A program made the position numbers and the translations under genes. 64,000 bases of DNA, taken from NCBI GenBank assembly GCA_040954595.2, contig CM082593.2:1002901-1066900 (forward strand), in the 5' to 3' direction. Under the pieces are notes generated by a model. That model was given only the letters and a program-made list of their open reading frames with translations, searched no databases and had not been told where the DNA came from. Below are positions 31,201-44,300 of this stretch, piece after piece. Numbering within the stretch: position 1 is the first letter of the stretch; each line of letters begins with the position of its first letter. The DNA is from Balanoglossus misakiensis. Lineage: Eukaryota > Animalia > Hemichordata.

Positions 31201-34200
31201 TCCTAAAGCCTGCTAGGAGTTTTTTGTGTTGATGTAATCGTTGCCTGGCCAACGTCTCTCCATTTCATTGAAAAAAAAGCCTGATTTGTAGTCTCTCTGT
31301 TCTCTGCTGAAATCCACAGAGTCATCAAGTCTACGTTAGATGACAGTCCGACCATCGGGCATCTTGTTGGATCGCATTATGAGATCGCAAGAAGATTGCA
31401 TAATCACACCCTGTGGTGTGTTGTTGCTCTGAATCATGGGAAGTCTTGTCCGTATTTTAAGTCTCATGGGAAAATCTTTAGCGCACGGAGTGGCAATCTT
31501 TAACTGGTCCAAACTCAGTTACGAACCGATGGTTTAGCTTCTTTTTATCGTCATCGTTCGTGCATATTAAAGAAAGCCTACCAGACTGGATGGTTTGGCA
31601 AACCCGTACCCGAACCGAATATGAATTGGATTTCGGCGTCTGAGACGACGAATAAGGCTTAAGGTAACAACAGCATCGGCGAACATTTGAAATTCAGAGT
31701 CTGAACTAGGGATGATTCAAGATCTCATGCCTTTTCTCGAGTGATCGACTACTCAGCCAGGGCAACACAGACACTGGGAAAGGAAGTACTCTTCAAACTA
31801 AACGAGTCTCGATAAGCAACCATCCAGCATCATAAAGTAGCGATAGTGATCAGTTTAATAAAGCGTGGGTTGCAGATTACGGCGTTTTGCAATTGGCGGG
31901 TCACTGTGCTATTCTACTGCATTTGCTCGCATGAATGGAATACATCAAAACCGTCACAGACAACATAAAATTCTTACTACAATCATTAGGATACGTTTTT
32001 CGTTTATGCCCAGTTTGTTTGCCATCGTTATTTTAGGTTCTTCTAGTTCGCATGATTACAAAGCAACTCTCTTATTTAGTCTATCCGTTGACCTCCTAGT
32101 GGGAACTAAAAAGGAAATTGCACTTTCAAATGTTACTGCCATTTTATCAAAGACGGGAAAATAATTAAACTTTTTGTTATTCAGATTGGGATTTATCAAT
32201 GCGATTAATGAAATCTTAATTGAGTTAGTTTTGCCTTTTCTTAGGTAGTTGACCTCAAACCTAAACCTAAACAAGTAAGACATGATTATACTGCAGCCAT
32301 TCTGAAATAATTTATTTTAAGAAAACAAACTTTGAATCATAAATGGGAAGGTCATATGTATTAAGACTTGTATAATAGAGAAGAGAGGAGCCCCTGAATT
32401 AAGAGCTGGAAAATGATGCCATCTGCTACACAACAACGTACTATTATTGTCCATAATCCCACGTATCCCTCCAGCTTAATGTGTCAGCTTAAAAGCTTGT
32501 AACCATGGTAGTCAGAGATGCCACCATTTCACATGAACTGAAAACGACATCCCTCCGATCACGTTTACTGCGATGAAAATTCTACAAGCCAGATCTTGAA
32601 CGGGGTATTTCAACTCTTAATTTCAATCGCTGCTTGTTTGAAAAATCAACACCTACAGAACAGGTGTGAAACGAGTAGAATTGCAAAAACGTTTCATTAA
32701 ATTAGAATAATTCGAATTCCAACGTAATTGGTAAAATAGTTTTGATGCAGTCATTAAAAGTCAGTGTTCGTTCAACAGTGACTGACTTTTGAAAACTTTG
32801 GAGAATTTTCTTGAAGAATTCTTTAGATCGCCCCGGCCAGCAAATGATTAGTCACAAAGTGACTGAATTTCATCAGTTCGTCATATTCACGTAACTCAAC
32901 GCCCAACAAGGCAGTAACGAGTGGAGACTTTTGACGGACTTCGAAATCGATTAACCTTTGTTCCTAAGTATGCCTGGGAAGAGACGACTTCCACGCCAAG
33001 AATCTTTGTGTAGTGGCTACCGTCTTACTTGTTTACTGCATTCCGCAATACGAGACGTGCGATATTGTTCGCGGGAAAACAAAGTTGTAATCAAGCATTA
33101 CGACTTTTCTTCTGGGCGGGGCGACGACCTCGAAGCTCTGTTGATACCTACATAATTAATGCCCTATTCATCAAATCTTTATTATTCATTTGGCAGCCAT
33201 TCTTTCCACAACTTTCAAGCAAATTGTCACGGTTGTATCTGCGATCAATTGACCATTTTGCGAACTCCACGTGACCCCGCGAGATCTCGCGTGGTTAGGC
33301 TGTTTATGTTTATACTAAACAACACATGGCCTACAGTGTTAAACGGCTAACAACCCATTACTACGGTATTTCACAAAGGGTAACATTTGGCCCTAAACAT
33401 GGCGGTAAAATTTTCAAATAAGGTTAGGGTGAACTGCTTACAGAGAAGTCCAGTATTACTGAGATATAGCTATAGACATACTGTAAAATATTCATCACGT
33501 ATCAAGAAGACCATTCAGGTATGCTGTAAATACATGCCTGTTATGATTGTAACATAAGCTGGCGCCGCATCATCGACAAGAATTTGTCATTGAGCACCGG
33601 AAAACTAACCTGGCTAAAATTAATATTTAAGGGTGGCTACCTACTGTGACGCATTCTCAAGATATCCGCCATCGTTTACTCCTGTAGAGAAGCTCGGTAC
33701 CCCTTGCAGCGGCGGTCCATCAATTCAATCGAACATTATCGGGGATATCAAAAACCAACAGATGCTCTTATTAATTTAAAACTTCATCCCATAAACGAGC
33801 TAATGACGACAAAGCTGTGTCGTTTTTCATCGTTATCTAAAGTCGTCCAGAAAATATCAAAGTTGAATTGTCAGCACGTGATCTTTTGGGGGGAATGACT
33901 GAGTTCGAGGAGGGAGTCACACCGTGACTGATGAGTTGATTGTCTTGACGAGTCAGCGACGAGGTGAGAGCCCAGTTGTATTCTCACACTCTAACGATGG
34001 AAACACCACGATATGGTACCCATTTTTCCCGAGGGATTGAAGTTACAGTGTACAAGTAAATGAAACCACTTACACTCCAAATTGACATTTCAAATGCTGT
34101 TTAGGCAACGACGTTTGAATCTGGTGAGCACGAATCATGTTAACAGGCAACACATGTTTTAGAACTCAACCCTACCGACGAAAGAGATTTTATAGATTTC

Positions 34201-35553
34201 ATTCGGCTATTTAAAACCATTGCATTCGACTGGGTACCTACGTGCCTTTATAAGCGCAACTTTTTGACGACTCTTTTGGTAACTATAATCAGTAAACAGT
34301 ACATCTTAGAATAACCAGAAAGATCAGGCTAATCACTCCACCTTAACAACATCCGCTGGTCATCTCAAATATTCCCCCAGGGCATATAATCCTCTATCTC
34401 GTATATTAGTGCGATTGTAGCTTAATTTTAAAGTCCAGTGCAGAAGGATTATACGAGATGTCCCGGAGAGAGGGAAATAATGACATATTCCTTAAAATGG
34501 ACTCTCTTTTCTCTCTGTCACAAACAAGAGCTCCGTTATTATTTGGAGATACATATATCCCTGTGGGCTGATGTGAGGTTAATTCTCAAGGTGACTCTTG
34601 GCCAAAGGTGTTATGGAAGTCGACCTATTTAATGCAGAAGAGATTTTTTTTCCATGGAAACTACATCACTTGCTCTGTCTTCACTTCGCTTTGTTTTGTT
34701 CTTCTCTTCCCTATTTTGCTACGACCACTGCTAATGCGCACGTATACACGCACTACAAGAGTTGAACTTTTTAGAAGGATGAAGTCTCAAACGCGCTATG
34801 GTTCATACATACTATAGTACATTAGCGCTATGGCTTTGCAATACATACGTCATGGAATAAATATATAACATAATCCCCATTTCATGACAGTTTTTAGAAT
34901 TAAAAAGAAATAGGCCTAACCGAGAATTCCTCCCAATAATTCATTTCATTCCGTTATCCCGTCTATAAATAGCATTCTTCTTTATTCGCCGTCGATGCAG
35001 AGGATAATGGAAATGGTGGGAAGAGCACTTTCCACGAATAATCTCTCTTAACCTCGGGTTTACAAACCCACTTTCCTACCTATATCGTCATCATGACGTC
35101 ATTTTTTATCGGATGAAAACAGTAACGTTTCAGAATCTACATCCTAATCCAGTGCACCTCGTCATAACAGGTTAGTTCTTGAAATCGACACGATTGTCTT
35201 GCGCCACCAACGGCAAATCGTGACAATTCTTTCCCAGTAAATGTAGACGCGAGTTATATACTAATAATTGAATTTCCTAAAATTTTCATTCATTCATTCA
35301 CTCATTCATTCATTCAAATTATGTTAGTAAGGCCTTAAAAGTACTTACCTAAACTGTGGTACGAGTTATGGTTATTGGATTCCGGGTTGTCACCTGTTTT
35401 GGTTTGTAGGTTCGACGATTGGATCGATCCGGCGTCTCTCAGTGAAAGACTTGCAGTTTTATCATTTTTTTACTCAGGTTAAGAAGGCAAAACGCATCTG
35501 AAAGAAAAAGAAAGTTGATTTCAAAATCAGACTGCAGAAAAGGTGAATGGGCG

Positions 35554-35579
35554 TGACGTCAGTGGATAACGCATGCGCA
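35554..35579 (+). promoter_or_regulatory. CRE + NRF1-like promoter module upstream of the SLC35A gene
   Basis: TGACGTCA at 35554-35561 and CGCATGCGCA at 35570-35579, followed about 90 bp later by a strong donor ACAG|gtaggt. Confidence 0.45.
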
Positions 35580-37150
35580 AAATTCATTACATCCTGTATT
35601 TGTGAAACCGACCGGCTTCATGTAGCCTTTCACGTTGTCTGTCGAGGGAAGCATATAATTTTAAACAGGTAGGTATGTCTTCGTGCAATCGTTTTCTTCT
35701 GAAACTTACTGCCATAGATAGAGTCAATGGAAGCCTAAGTTCGACTGGGGAGGCCCTAATTCTTGTCAAAACCTGTTTAGACCGTGTTATTCACAATTCA
35801 TGCCCGGCGATCGAAGTCACCTATTGAATGGTGCCGGTGCATTGACGTCTGTGTGCTGTGAGAACATCGTAATCTCTGTCAGTGTCATGTCAGTTTAGTG
35901 TAAACATTCGGAGGGTTTCGGACATGTCATACGAGCATTAGTCACCGAAACTAGAAATCTGAATCCCCACCGCCTTGTCATTTGAAAGCAGAATTGATCT
36001 GATCGACGGTATGTACAGGTACAACACCCTGCATTCATTTGTGAAATCGCCGTTGTGGTATGTCCGTTTCATTGATCGATCCTTATGGCAATACTGCATG
36101 GCTTGGCGGGATCGTGGCTGGACGGACCAGCTAGCTCCGCCGTCACTGACAGCCGATATCATGACTACATTGACAACGTGGTCGTAAAATCCTTCAGGAA
36201 ATATGGTGAGGTGTGACAGCCTGCGCGAAGTTTCAAGGTCCATGTGTCTTTCCATTTCGAAAGTGACACCATGAACCCAGCCGAGTCTCATTAAAATGCA
36301 TTTACATTAAATTAAAGCTTGTGTTCAGTAATTGTACTAACTACAGTGAGCGTTGTGGCGGACGTGACTGGTCGATGGCCGCTGTGTGAGAATGTCTTTG
36401 TTTTGAGGCAAATTGAAAAGAACGAAATCAAGTATGAGCATGAACTTATTACAATGTGTTGTGTGGTGTCCCACAGGACTGTACCACACTATCCGTTTAT
36501 TTATTTATTCACGTTGTCCCCAAAACAACTAGCCTACATGTATGTCAGTAGTTGAAGGGCAAAGGTATGACAAAGCTTTGGAGTTTACATTACATGTGAG
36601 GATTATGTGCAATATTGAAAATGATTATTGCTGATTTCAGTTTGTGCCGATTTCACTATTTTGATGAATTAATTTGCATGAAAAATGTAGCTTTATGCCA
36701 TGATCATGCGTGCCTCATTCAGTCCTTGCCCAAAGGTTGGCATGTTTATTCACGAGAGGTTTAGTGAATCAGATTTAATATTCATTGAAAAAGTAATGAA
36801 GCTAATCTCACCACCATAATCCTGACAGTTTAATATTTATGGGACAAAATTCACAGAAAATAAACTATGTAATGAAGCATTGCACCACAGTTTTGTTTAA
36901 CAGAGACTTACACACAACTCAATGTTTACACATTAGTTTTTATATTTTGTTCATTTCAGTAACATCACCACTGGACTTGACTGCTCTGAAACAGACTCTT
37001 TGAGTTTGGTATGCAAAGAATTTGAGAAGACTGGTGGATGTAGCGCATCCTAGGAGACTTGGGTGTTGGAAGTCAGACAGAAACATTTGACTGATTACAA
37101 CCAAGAGGCGAGAGTTATGCGTAAGAAGTGGTGAGCGTGGAAAGAGGAAA

Positions 37151-38427
37151 ATGTCTGTCATAAGAAAGGAAGAGAACGGCCATTCCGTTGTCATCCAAGA
37201 TGAGCCGAGCGGAAGCGGAGAGTCCAGTCTGGAGCAAAGAGGTAGCAGACTACGGAATTCGCTACTATGCGTTGGTTTGATCACGATGGAACTTGCGAAG
37301 CAGATTGCTGCATACAGTAGCAACCAGTTCAATGGAGGACGGTACCCAATACATGTGTCAACAATTGTCGCTTTGATAGAATTCTTGAAGCTCCTCATCT
37401 GTGTCTATCTTTTTACTCCCAAGAGAGAACTCACTTCAATTAAGTTGTCATGGAAATTTGCAGTCCCTGCTCTCATCTATGGCACTGCAAACAATTTGTT
37501 CCTCTTCGCTTTGAATTTCACTCCACCGCCATTATGGAACGCCCTGATACAGTCGCGTGTGATTATGGTAGCTGTTGTCTATGGCATCGTCTTCAAGAAA
37601 GGTACCACACTCCTGAGGGCGCTAGCCATGTTCATTCTGCTCTTGGGAATAGCCCTGGCTGCACTTTCTGGATCAACTCCAGGCCTGTCCGTGCAAGAAC
37701 CTGTGATGCGGATTCTCATCCGTGCAGCTGTATTGAGTCTGGTCACCACTTTGCTGTCAACAGTAGCATCTGTGTATTTAGAGGTGAGTTATAAGTGGGT
37801 GGCTTTATTTATTGCTACCAGTTGCACAGTTCTTTTCTGATTAGCCAACACAGGGCTAACAACAGTTTTGCACTGAGTTAGCCCCAAGCTGACCCATTTT
37901 GAAACGGGGTCCTAATCTGTATCTACAGAGCTGCATGATGATGATGATATGTATCCATTATTTCACCACAGCACCTGTTGAAGAACACCGGTGGGACATT
38001 CCTGGAACACCAAATCCAGCTGTACCTCTTTGGCACTGCAATGACCAGCGTGTGGTCACTCTACATCACCAGGGGTCACCCGTTTGCCGTCTACGGCCGC
38101 TTTAACATCGGCCGTGGTCTGCTTGTCGTTGTCACGGTGATTCTGTGCAGTGTGAGTGCCCTCTTAGTTCCGGCCATCGTCAAGAAGATTGACAACATCT
38201 CCAAGCTGTATTCTTCCATTGTGGCTATTTTATTGACATCTTTCCTCTGTGCCTGGCTCTTCCCGAAGACATTCCAGCTGACTCTGTTGTTCTTCGCAGC
38301 TGTCTTGATCATCTTTTTAACCCTGCTTATGTACGAGCGCGTCAAGCCCAAGGAGACATCTTCCGAAAAAGCCATTTCCTTGAGTTCAGGTGACACACTC
38401 ACATTAGATGCTGAAAAACTGTTGTGA
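37151..38427 (+). CDS. SLC35A-family nucleotide-sugar transporter (2 coding exons, ~362 aa)
   Basis: Exons 37151-37783 and 37972-38427 join at phase 0. The protein is multi-pass and carries the SLC35A motifs EFLKLLIC, FAVPALIYGTANNL, ASVYLE, IQLYLFG and IVKKIDNISK. Confidence 0.88.
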
Positions 38428-41355
38428 AATAGTGTGGACAGATGCACACATATCTCAGGTGAAAACTGATCCCAAAGTCTCCAATTCAGTGTTTAGACAT
38501 AACCCTTTCACCACCATGGTTCAGCCCTAACCCATTGTTTTCTAAGGTAAGGTTGGACCTCTAAAGACGGAACTGGGGGTGAAAGGGTAAAGCAAACACT
38601 CAATGAAAGAAAAACAGGCCAGTAGCAGTTACTGCAGTGCAGGCAAACATGGTGTCCACACAACCAAAGCACATGTTGCCAACATGACATCACATGGTAT
38701 GTTTGTTTGCATAGCTGTTCATTCTTTCTTCCACTTCTTAGGCCAGTATGGGTGGGGAGGATGGGGGGAAGGTACAGTGACAGAACATGTTGTTTCTAGT
38801 TACATTTTAAACTATGACCTATGACATCATAGAGAACTTACCTCTGAACAGGGTTAATCTCCAAGGCTGAAGTCCTGGCTGAATATCTGTACATTATTTT
38901 TAATTTCTTTTCTGCTTTCCAGAGCTCTTTCAGTGTCCTCATTTTATGGTGGAAGCTTGATTTGTTTTCTGTTATCAAGATGAAACAGTAGATTATCATA
39001 TCTGATGTCTTTAATACCGAACTATTATGTTTTCAATAAACTCAAAGCTTGATCCTATTTGCATATTAATTATCAAATCAATTTTGAAGACTTCCTACCT
39101 CAAGTGATTATAACTATACCATTTTTCAGTCAATATTTTGATTGTTAGGTATGATATAAATATCTTCTGTACATGTATTTTTTAAATTTATTTATGGCAC
39201 AAATAAACTGCCGACATATATTTCTGTAGTCACACAGAAAATTAATTGATGTACATGTATAGTGCTGTAACTATTTTGGTATTAAGTTGGTCATCAAAAA
39301 TCTTTACACAGTAGATCCTCTGCAAACCTTTGGTATAATGATTAGAGAACTCTCTTAGCATCTTCAACAATAACAAGTCAACCCTCATTTTTGTGAAATG
39401 TTACATAATATGTCTACACAAAGTAATATGCATTAGCCAAAATGCTTATAAATGTTTATGTCAGGCAATTTTGCAGTATGTGGTGTACCAGTAAATTGTG
39501 TTACTTTGTGAATATGATTGTCCGACCCGGTTTATCAGTATTGAAGGCCGATGAGCCTATTCATCAGTTCAGTTTGAGAATATCCCATTGTGAGACCATT
39601 TTTAGGTCTTTAAATATGACTAATGAAGTTGTTATGCAAATCAGATAATTTACATGCACATTATAATCCACACGTTCACAGTGAAATGCTTTTTTGCACA
39701 ATGAATTTATAACTTTGTCATGGCTGATTCTGTTTTCCAAGTTGATGTTTTTGTAAGCTTTTTGATTAGACCAAGAGAGAAATGTGTTCTTCTGATATCA
39801 TACTTTCAAACTGGGCAGGTAGATCAGAAACAATTTTATTTTACGGATTTTTAATGTTCCTGTAGTTTGTTTTGCATGCTTCCAAAATATAGCTGTTAAA
39901 AAATGACTGAAGATGTCGGAGAAACACAGTTGATCTCAAAGACATTGATGAAGTTATGCATTTTCTCGCTGTTTTTGCAACAGGTTGCTTGTATGTGTTG
40001 TGTCAAATATTGAATTATTGGAAACACTGTTGAGTTTGCCAATAAATGTTCAAGTTTAAAATAATCAGCTTGGTATGCTCACTTGACATCGCGAAAGAAG
40101 TGTCAGCATAAGGCTGCCCTACTGTCTGGGCCCCTAACACGTGTATAGTAATGGCGAGCAATGTGCGTGTTGGCTGACCTCCTGGATCCGAGCGGGCCAT
40201 ATCCCTGCTCCAGAAACCATAGATGGACTTCCTCGCCACACCAGTTAAGCTAATGGTTTTCTGACACTTAAGCACGCTACTTTTAACCATATACTTGCAT
40301 TTTAAAGAAGGATATTGCCGCTTACTCACCTAAACATCTGAACTAGAAATCAACGAAAGTGCAGACGGACGAACTCTAGAGGGCGCTGGAAAAGCGCGCC
40401 CTCTGCGACTAAAAATTGGAAAGGTCGTACAAGACCAGTGCATTTTGCACCAAATATTCAAGAAAAATTGTTAAGGCCAAAAGGTCGTGGACATCACTAT
40501 CTACGTGTCAGTTTATAACTGTGTGATGGTACCGTACAGTATATAGTTCATCAGCCACAGCCCATCTGCCACGCTTTGATGACCTCTGCTCCTTCACCGA
40601 CTGTAGCTATTAAAACTTTGAGTTAGTTTCGGGTCAGTCCTGTTGCCTGCCAACATAACTATGTAAACTCTGTCTGTTCCTCTTATCTGAAAGGGTACGA
40701 TTGGATTAAATTTCTCGAGGGAATTGATTCGAAGCAGACGTCATTCGTCCCTTGCACCCATCGCTTTAATTGAACACAAGGGTCACTGCGTTTAATCATG
40801 AATACATAATTATATGTTGGTAATTTTAGCAGGTATTTTGCCCGATGTATGGCATGTTAATGATTAAACACCTTTACTGCAGTATTGGCTTTACCTATCA
40901 ACATGCACGTAGCACTCCGACGCCCACGAGCGTGTTAAACCTCTTCAGGCAGAACCAAGTAAATAGACTTTTCTGTGGAATTCAAAATCAAAAGTGAAAG
41001 CTCCATGGCATGTATTCGCAGTGTAAATGCCAACATAAATTTATCATAAATTGTCAAATAATAGTTAACGAATCATTTGGGACAGGCTAAAGTGAAAAAT
41101 AAAACAACAATAAAAAGTTGACCTTTAATCTACTAGTATTCAAAAAGGCTATTTTTACTTGTTCAAAACATGTTGACAGTTTGGCAGTTATAGTACACTA
41201 CTGTACAGACAATATATAGGGGTCATTTCAAGTGTTGGCATATTTTGCATATGAAAAGATCCTGCATTGATTAAGATACCCATAATGCACATGCAGAAAA
41301 AAATCAATTTTGAACATGTATTTCGATCACTGGATGAAAGTAGGCGAGACGGTCT

Positions 41356-44300
41356 TCACACACCCATTAACTCATAATCACCACCGCGTTTGTTAAAGTT
41401 GTCGTCACTTCGTCGGAAATCCTCTTCGTTTTTTCTCCTCTTTTGGGCCCCACTTCCAGCCGCAACATCACGAGGAACGTTTTCATTGTTCAAATGTTCC
41501 CTGTCTTGTTCTTCTTCGGCGTCTCCATCCCTCCCTTCAGATCCCGGCAGCAAAGGCACATTCTCGTACGACAGTTGATTGCTAACCTGGACAGGACCGT
41601 GGAGAACGTGACCATGTGACTGTTCAAGGCGCGGCTCCAGTCGAGTACTTCTCGGTGGCAAGGGCTCCTGCAGCAGTTCATAAGGACTCTCTTCTTCCTT
41701 CCTTCCATCACGGTCAACATCATCAACGTTTATGTATGACGCAGATGTATCATCTTGGTAACTGGCATCTTGTGGCAATTGGCACCATGCTTCTTCAGTA
41801 TATCCTCGTCCTACAGTAATGTCTGGAATGATTGGTTGAGGCTGTGACATATATTCTAGTGAAATAAAAAATTAAATAAATTAATAAATAAACAAACAAA
41901 CAAACAAACAAACAAACAAACAAACAAACAAACAAACTGTTAGTGTAAAAAGGTCATATGTAACACCATCTTTGAGTGCAAACTACATTACACGTATGCA
42001 CGCACAACAGAAATATTTGCATATTTACCTCTCGTGACATCTGTTCTTATAGCCTGTGATGAGCACGCAACATCTGGTAAATTTTCGTAATCCAAATTGT
42101 TTTCTTCTGCTGAATGTGGGTGAAATGAAACGTACAATCTAATTGATATATTTAGCAGCAACAAATGAACCTTATGTTTTATAAATATCTAGCATAATAA
42201 GCCCTAATATATGTGGCAATATATATATGCTCATATTGCATAGGTCTTTGCCCAGGCTGGGTAGAGAATTAAATAAGCATAAATACCATTCATTTGTCTC
42301 TCTTTATTGTGTCTTTTTGGAGTTGCGTAAATTGCCTGATTAACAACCACAACCATATCCCTTCGCCGGGTTTCATTCTCATCCGGGTCACTGGGAAATG
42401 TTACTGGAACAACTGGAACACAAAATTTAGAAGCAGTCTAGTGTGATGTATCGCGATGCAGTGTTACCTTTGCCAACGTTGGTCAAAGAGCTTAATTCAG
42501 ACACAGATATAGCGTACTGTACTGAATATATTAAATATTTTTAGGAAGACGGAAATTCATTCACTGAACGGGAAACAAACACTGAGATATACAAAATATG
42601 AAAGTTTACTTACTCGTTTCTACAGAATCATCAATGACATCATACCTTAAATCATAAATCACGAGAAAAATGTGTTGATATATTATGTAATATGCAAATT
42701 TGGAATGATGATAATCTGCATAGCTGGTTTGATTGTGGTATTCTTGGTGAATTTTCCAACGGATATATTGGGAGTTTCACATGCTGCATAGCAACAGCTT
42801 ATGTCTTTTTAAACGGAATGTTCAAATTTTGGGTTGTTTCCCTACCTTAGTCTTGGATTCTTAAACTTATTTTCTGGGGATAAAAAAGAAAAGCATTGTA
42901 TATTAAAGGAATTATAGGATAGTTAGAAAGACGAGTGTTTATCGTTCTCCACTGTCAGACCCACGACTAACAAATGATGCTGTTTTCTCGAAACAACACC
43001 ACAAAATCGAGTGAAGGCAATAAATCGCGAAACCTTAGGAACGCGTCTCTCTCCTCCCGCTTATATTTTTGGAACTTACTTTTTTTCTTCCTTGCAATAT
43101 AACACAAAGCGAGCGTCAATATGGAGACTGCCAGAGCCAAACCCGCCATAGCAATGGCCGCTATTTTGAAACCATGACCATCAACCGTCGCAACTGCTGA
43201 GGGAGGCGATGGTGATGATGATGATGATATGTTGTCTGTGAAATGAAAAAAAAGAGGGAAACGTATTTTAATCAGGTGACACCAAGGACATTTTTTTAAT
43301 TACGGAGAACTGTAGTTGATTTAACCCCGAAGGCTACATTATACATGGCCAGAAAGTATCCTAAAAGCTGACTGGATTATGAAATGTGTCTTGACATTTC
43401 AGACAGTCTAGCTAAAAATCACGGGCAACATTCATCCAACTCAGCTGACAATATAATACATGTAATGCCAAATAAGTACACTACTGACCCAATGTGCTTT
43501 CTGTAACTGCAGGACTCTTAGTTTCTCCAAACACGTTTTTGCTTATCACTGTAATGTTGTATGTAGTGAGGGGCTTCAAGTCCTGGATGACGATCTCCGT
43601 CTCTTCAGTGGGCGTGGTCGTGTGTCTGACACCTGTAGATACGTCGATGTATTCGACGTAAAATGTCTGACGTTCTCCTCCGTCGAAGCCCGGTTGCCAA
43701 GACACAATGAAAGTAACGACTTGTGCTATGATGTTGACCTGTGTTACTCTGTCCGGTCGGGCTGCAAGAGAAATAAGCGTGGCAAGATTGAAAGGGTTTT
43801 GTTTGCAGTACAGTCTTTTGCCATTTCTCCGTACCTCCATCCAACTGTACCTTACAGTCTACAGCTATCCCAAAACTCAGAAACAACACTCATATTATAC
43901 TCACATTTTCCTTTAAGATTGACCTTAAACTTGACCTCTCCCATATGGTTACCGGCCTGGCATGTGTAGTATCCATGGTGATCCATGGTAATATTATTAA
44001 TGGTCAATGTACTTGTGACGATTGTGCCATAAGTGTTCTCTGCAATACTTCCTGTGTCTATCGTCGTAATGTTTTCGCGAGTTGGATAATACCAGTCTAT
44101 TTTCGGGGGCGGGTTACCGTCGACCTTGCATGTCAAAACTGCAAGTTCACCCTCATCTGCTGCCACTGTGCCGTGTTGTGAAGGGTTTAAAATAAATGGA
44201 GCATCTGAAATTGAAAATGTATGGAACCTATGATGCTGGTGGTTTTGGCCAATTATAAGAATGCCGGGCAGTTTCTGTGTGCATTCCTGCTCTGGTTTTG

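Noticed and set aside
25300-33200. Many 60-140 aa ORFs in an ~8-kb gene-poor stretch
   Set aside because: None shows a recognisable domain, transposase or RT motif, or a consistent splice chain. Small exons or decayed transposons could have been missed.
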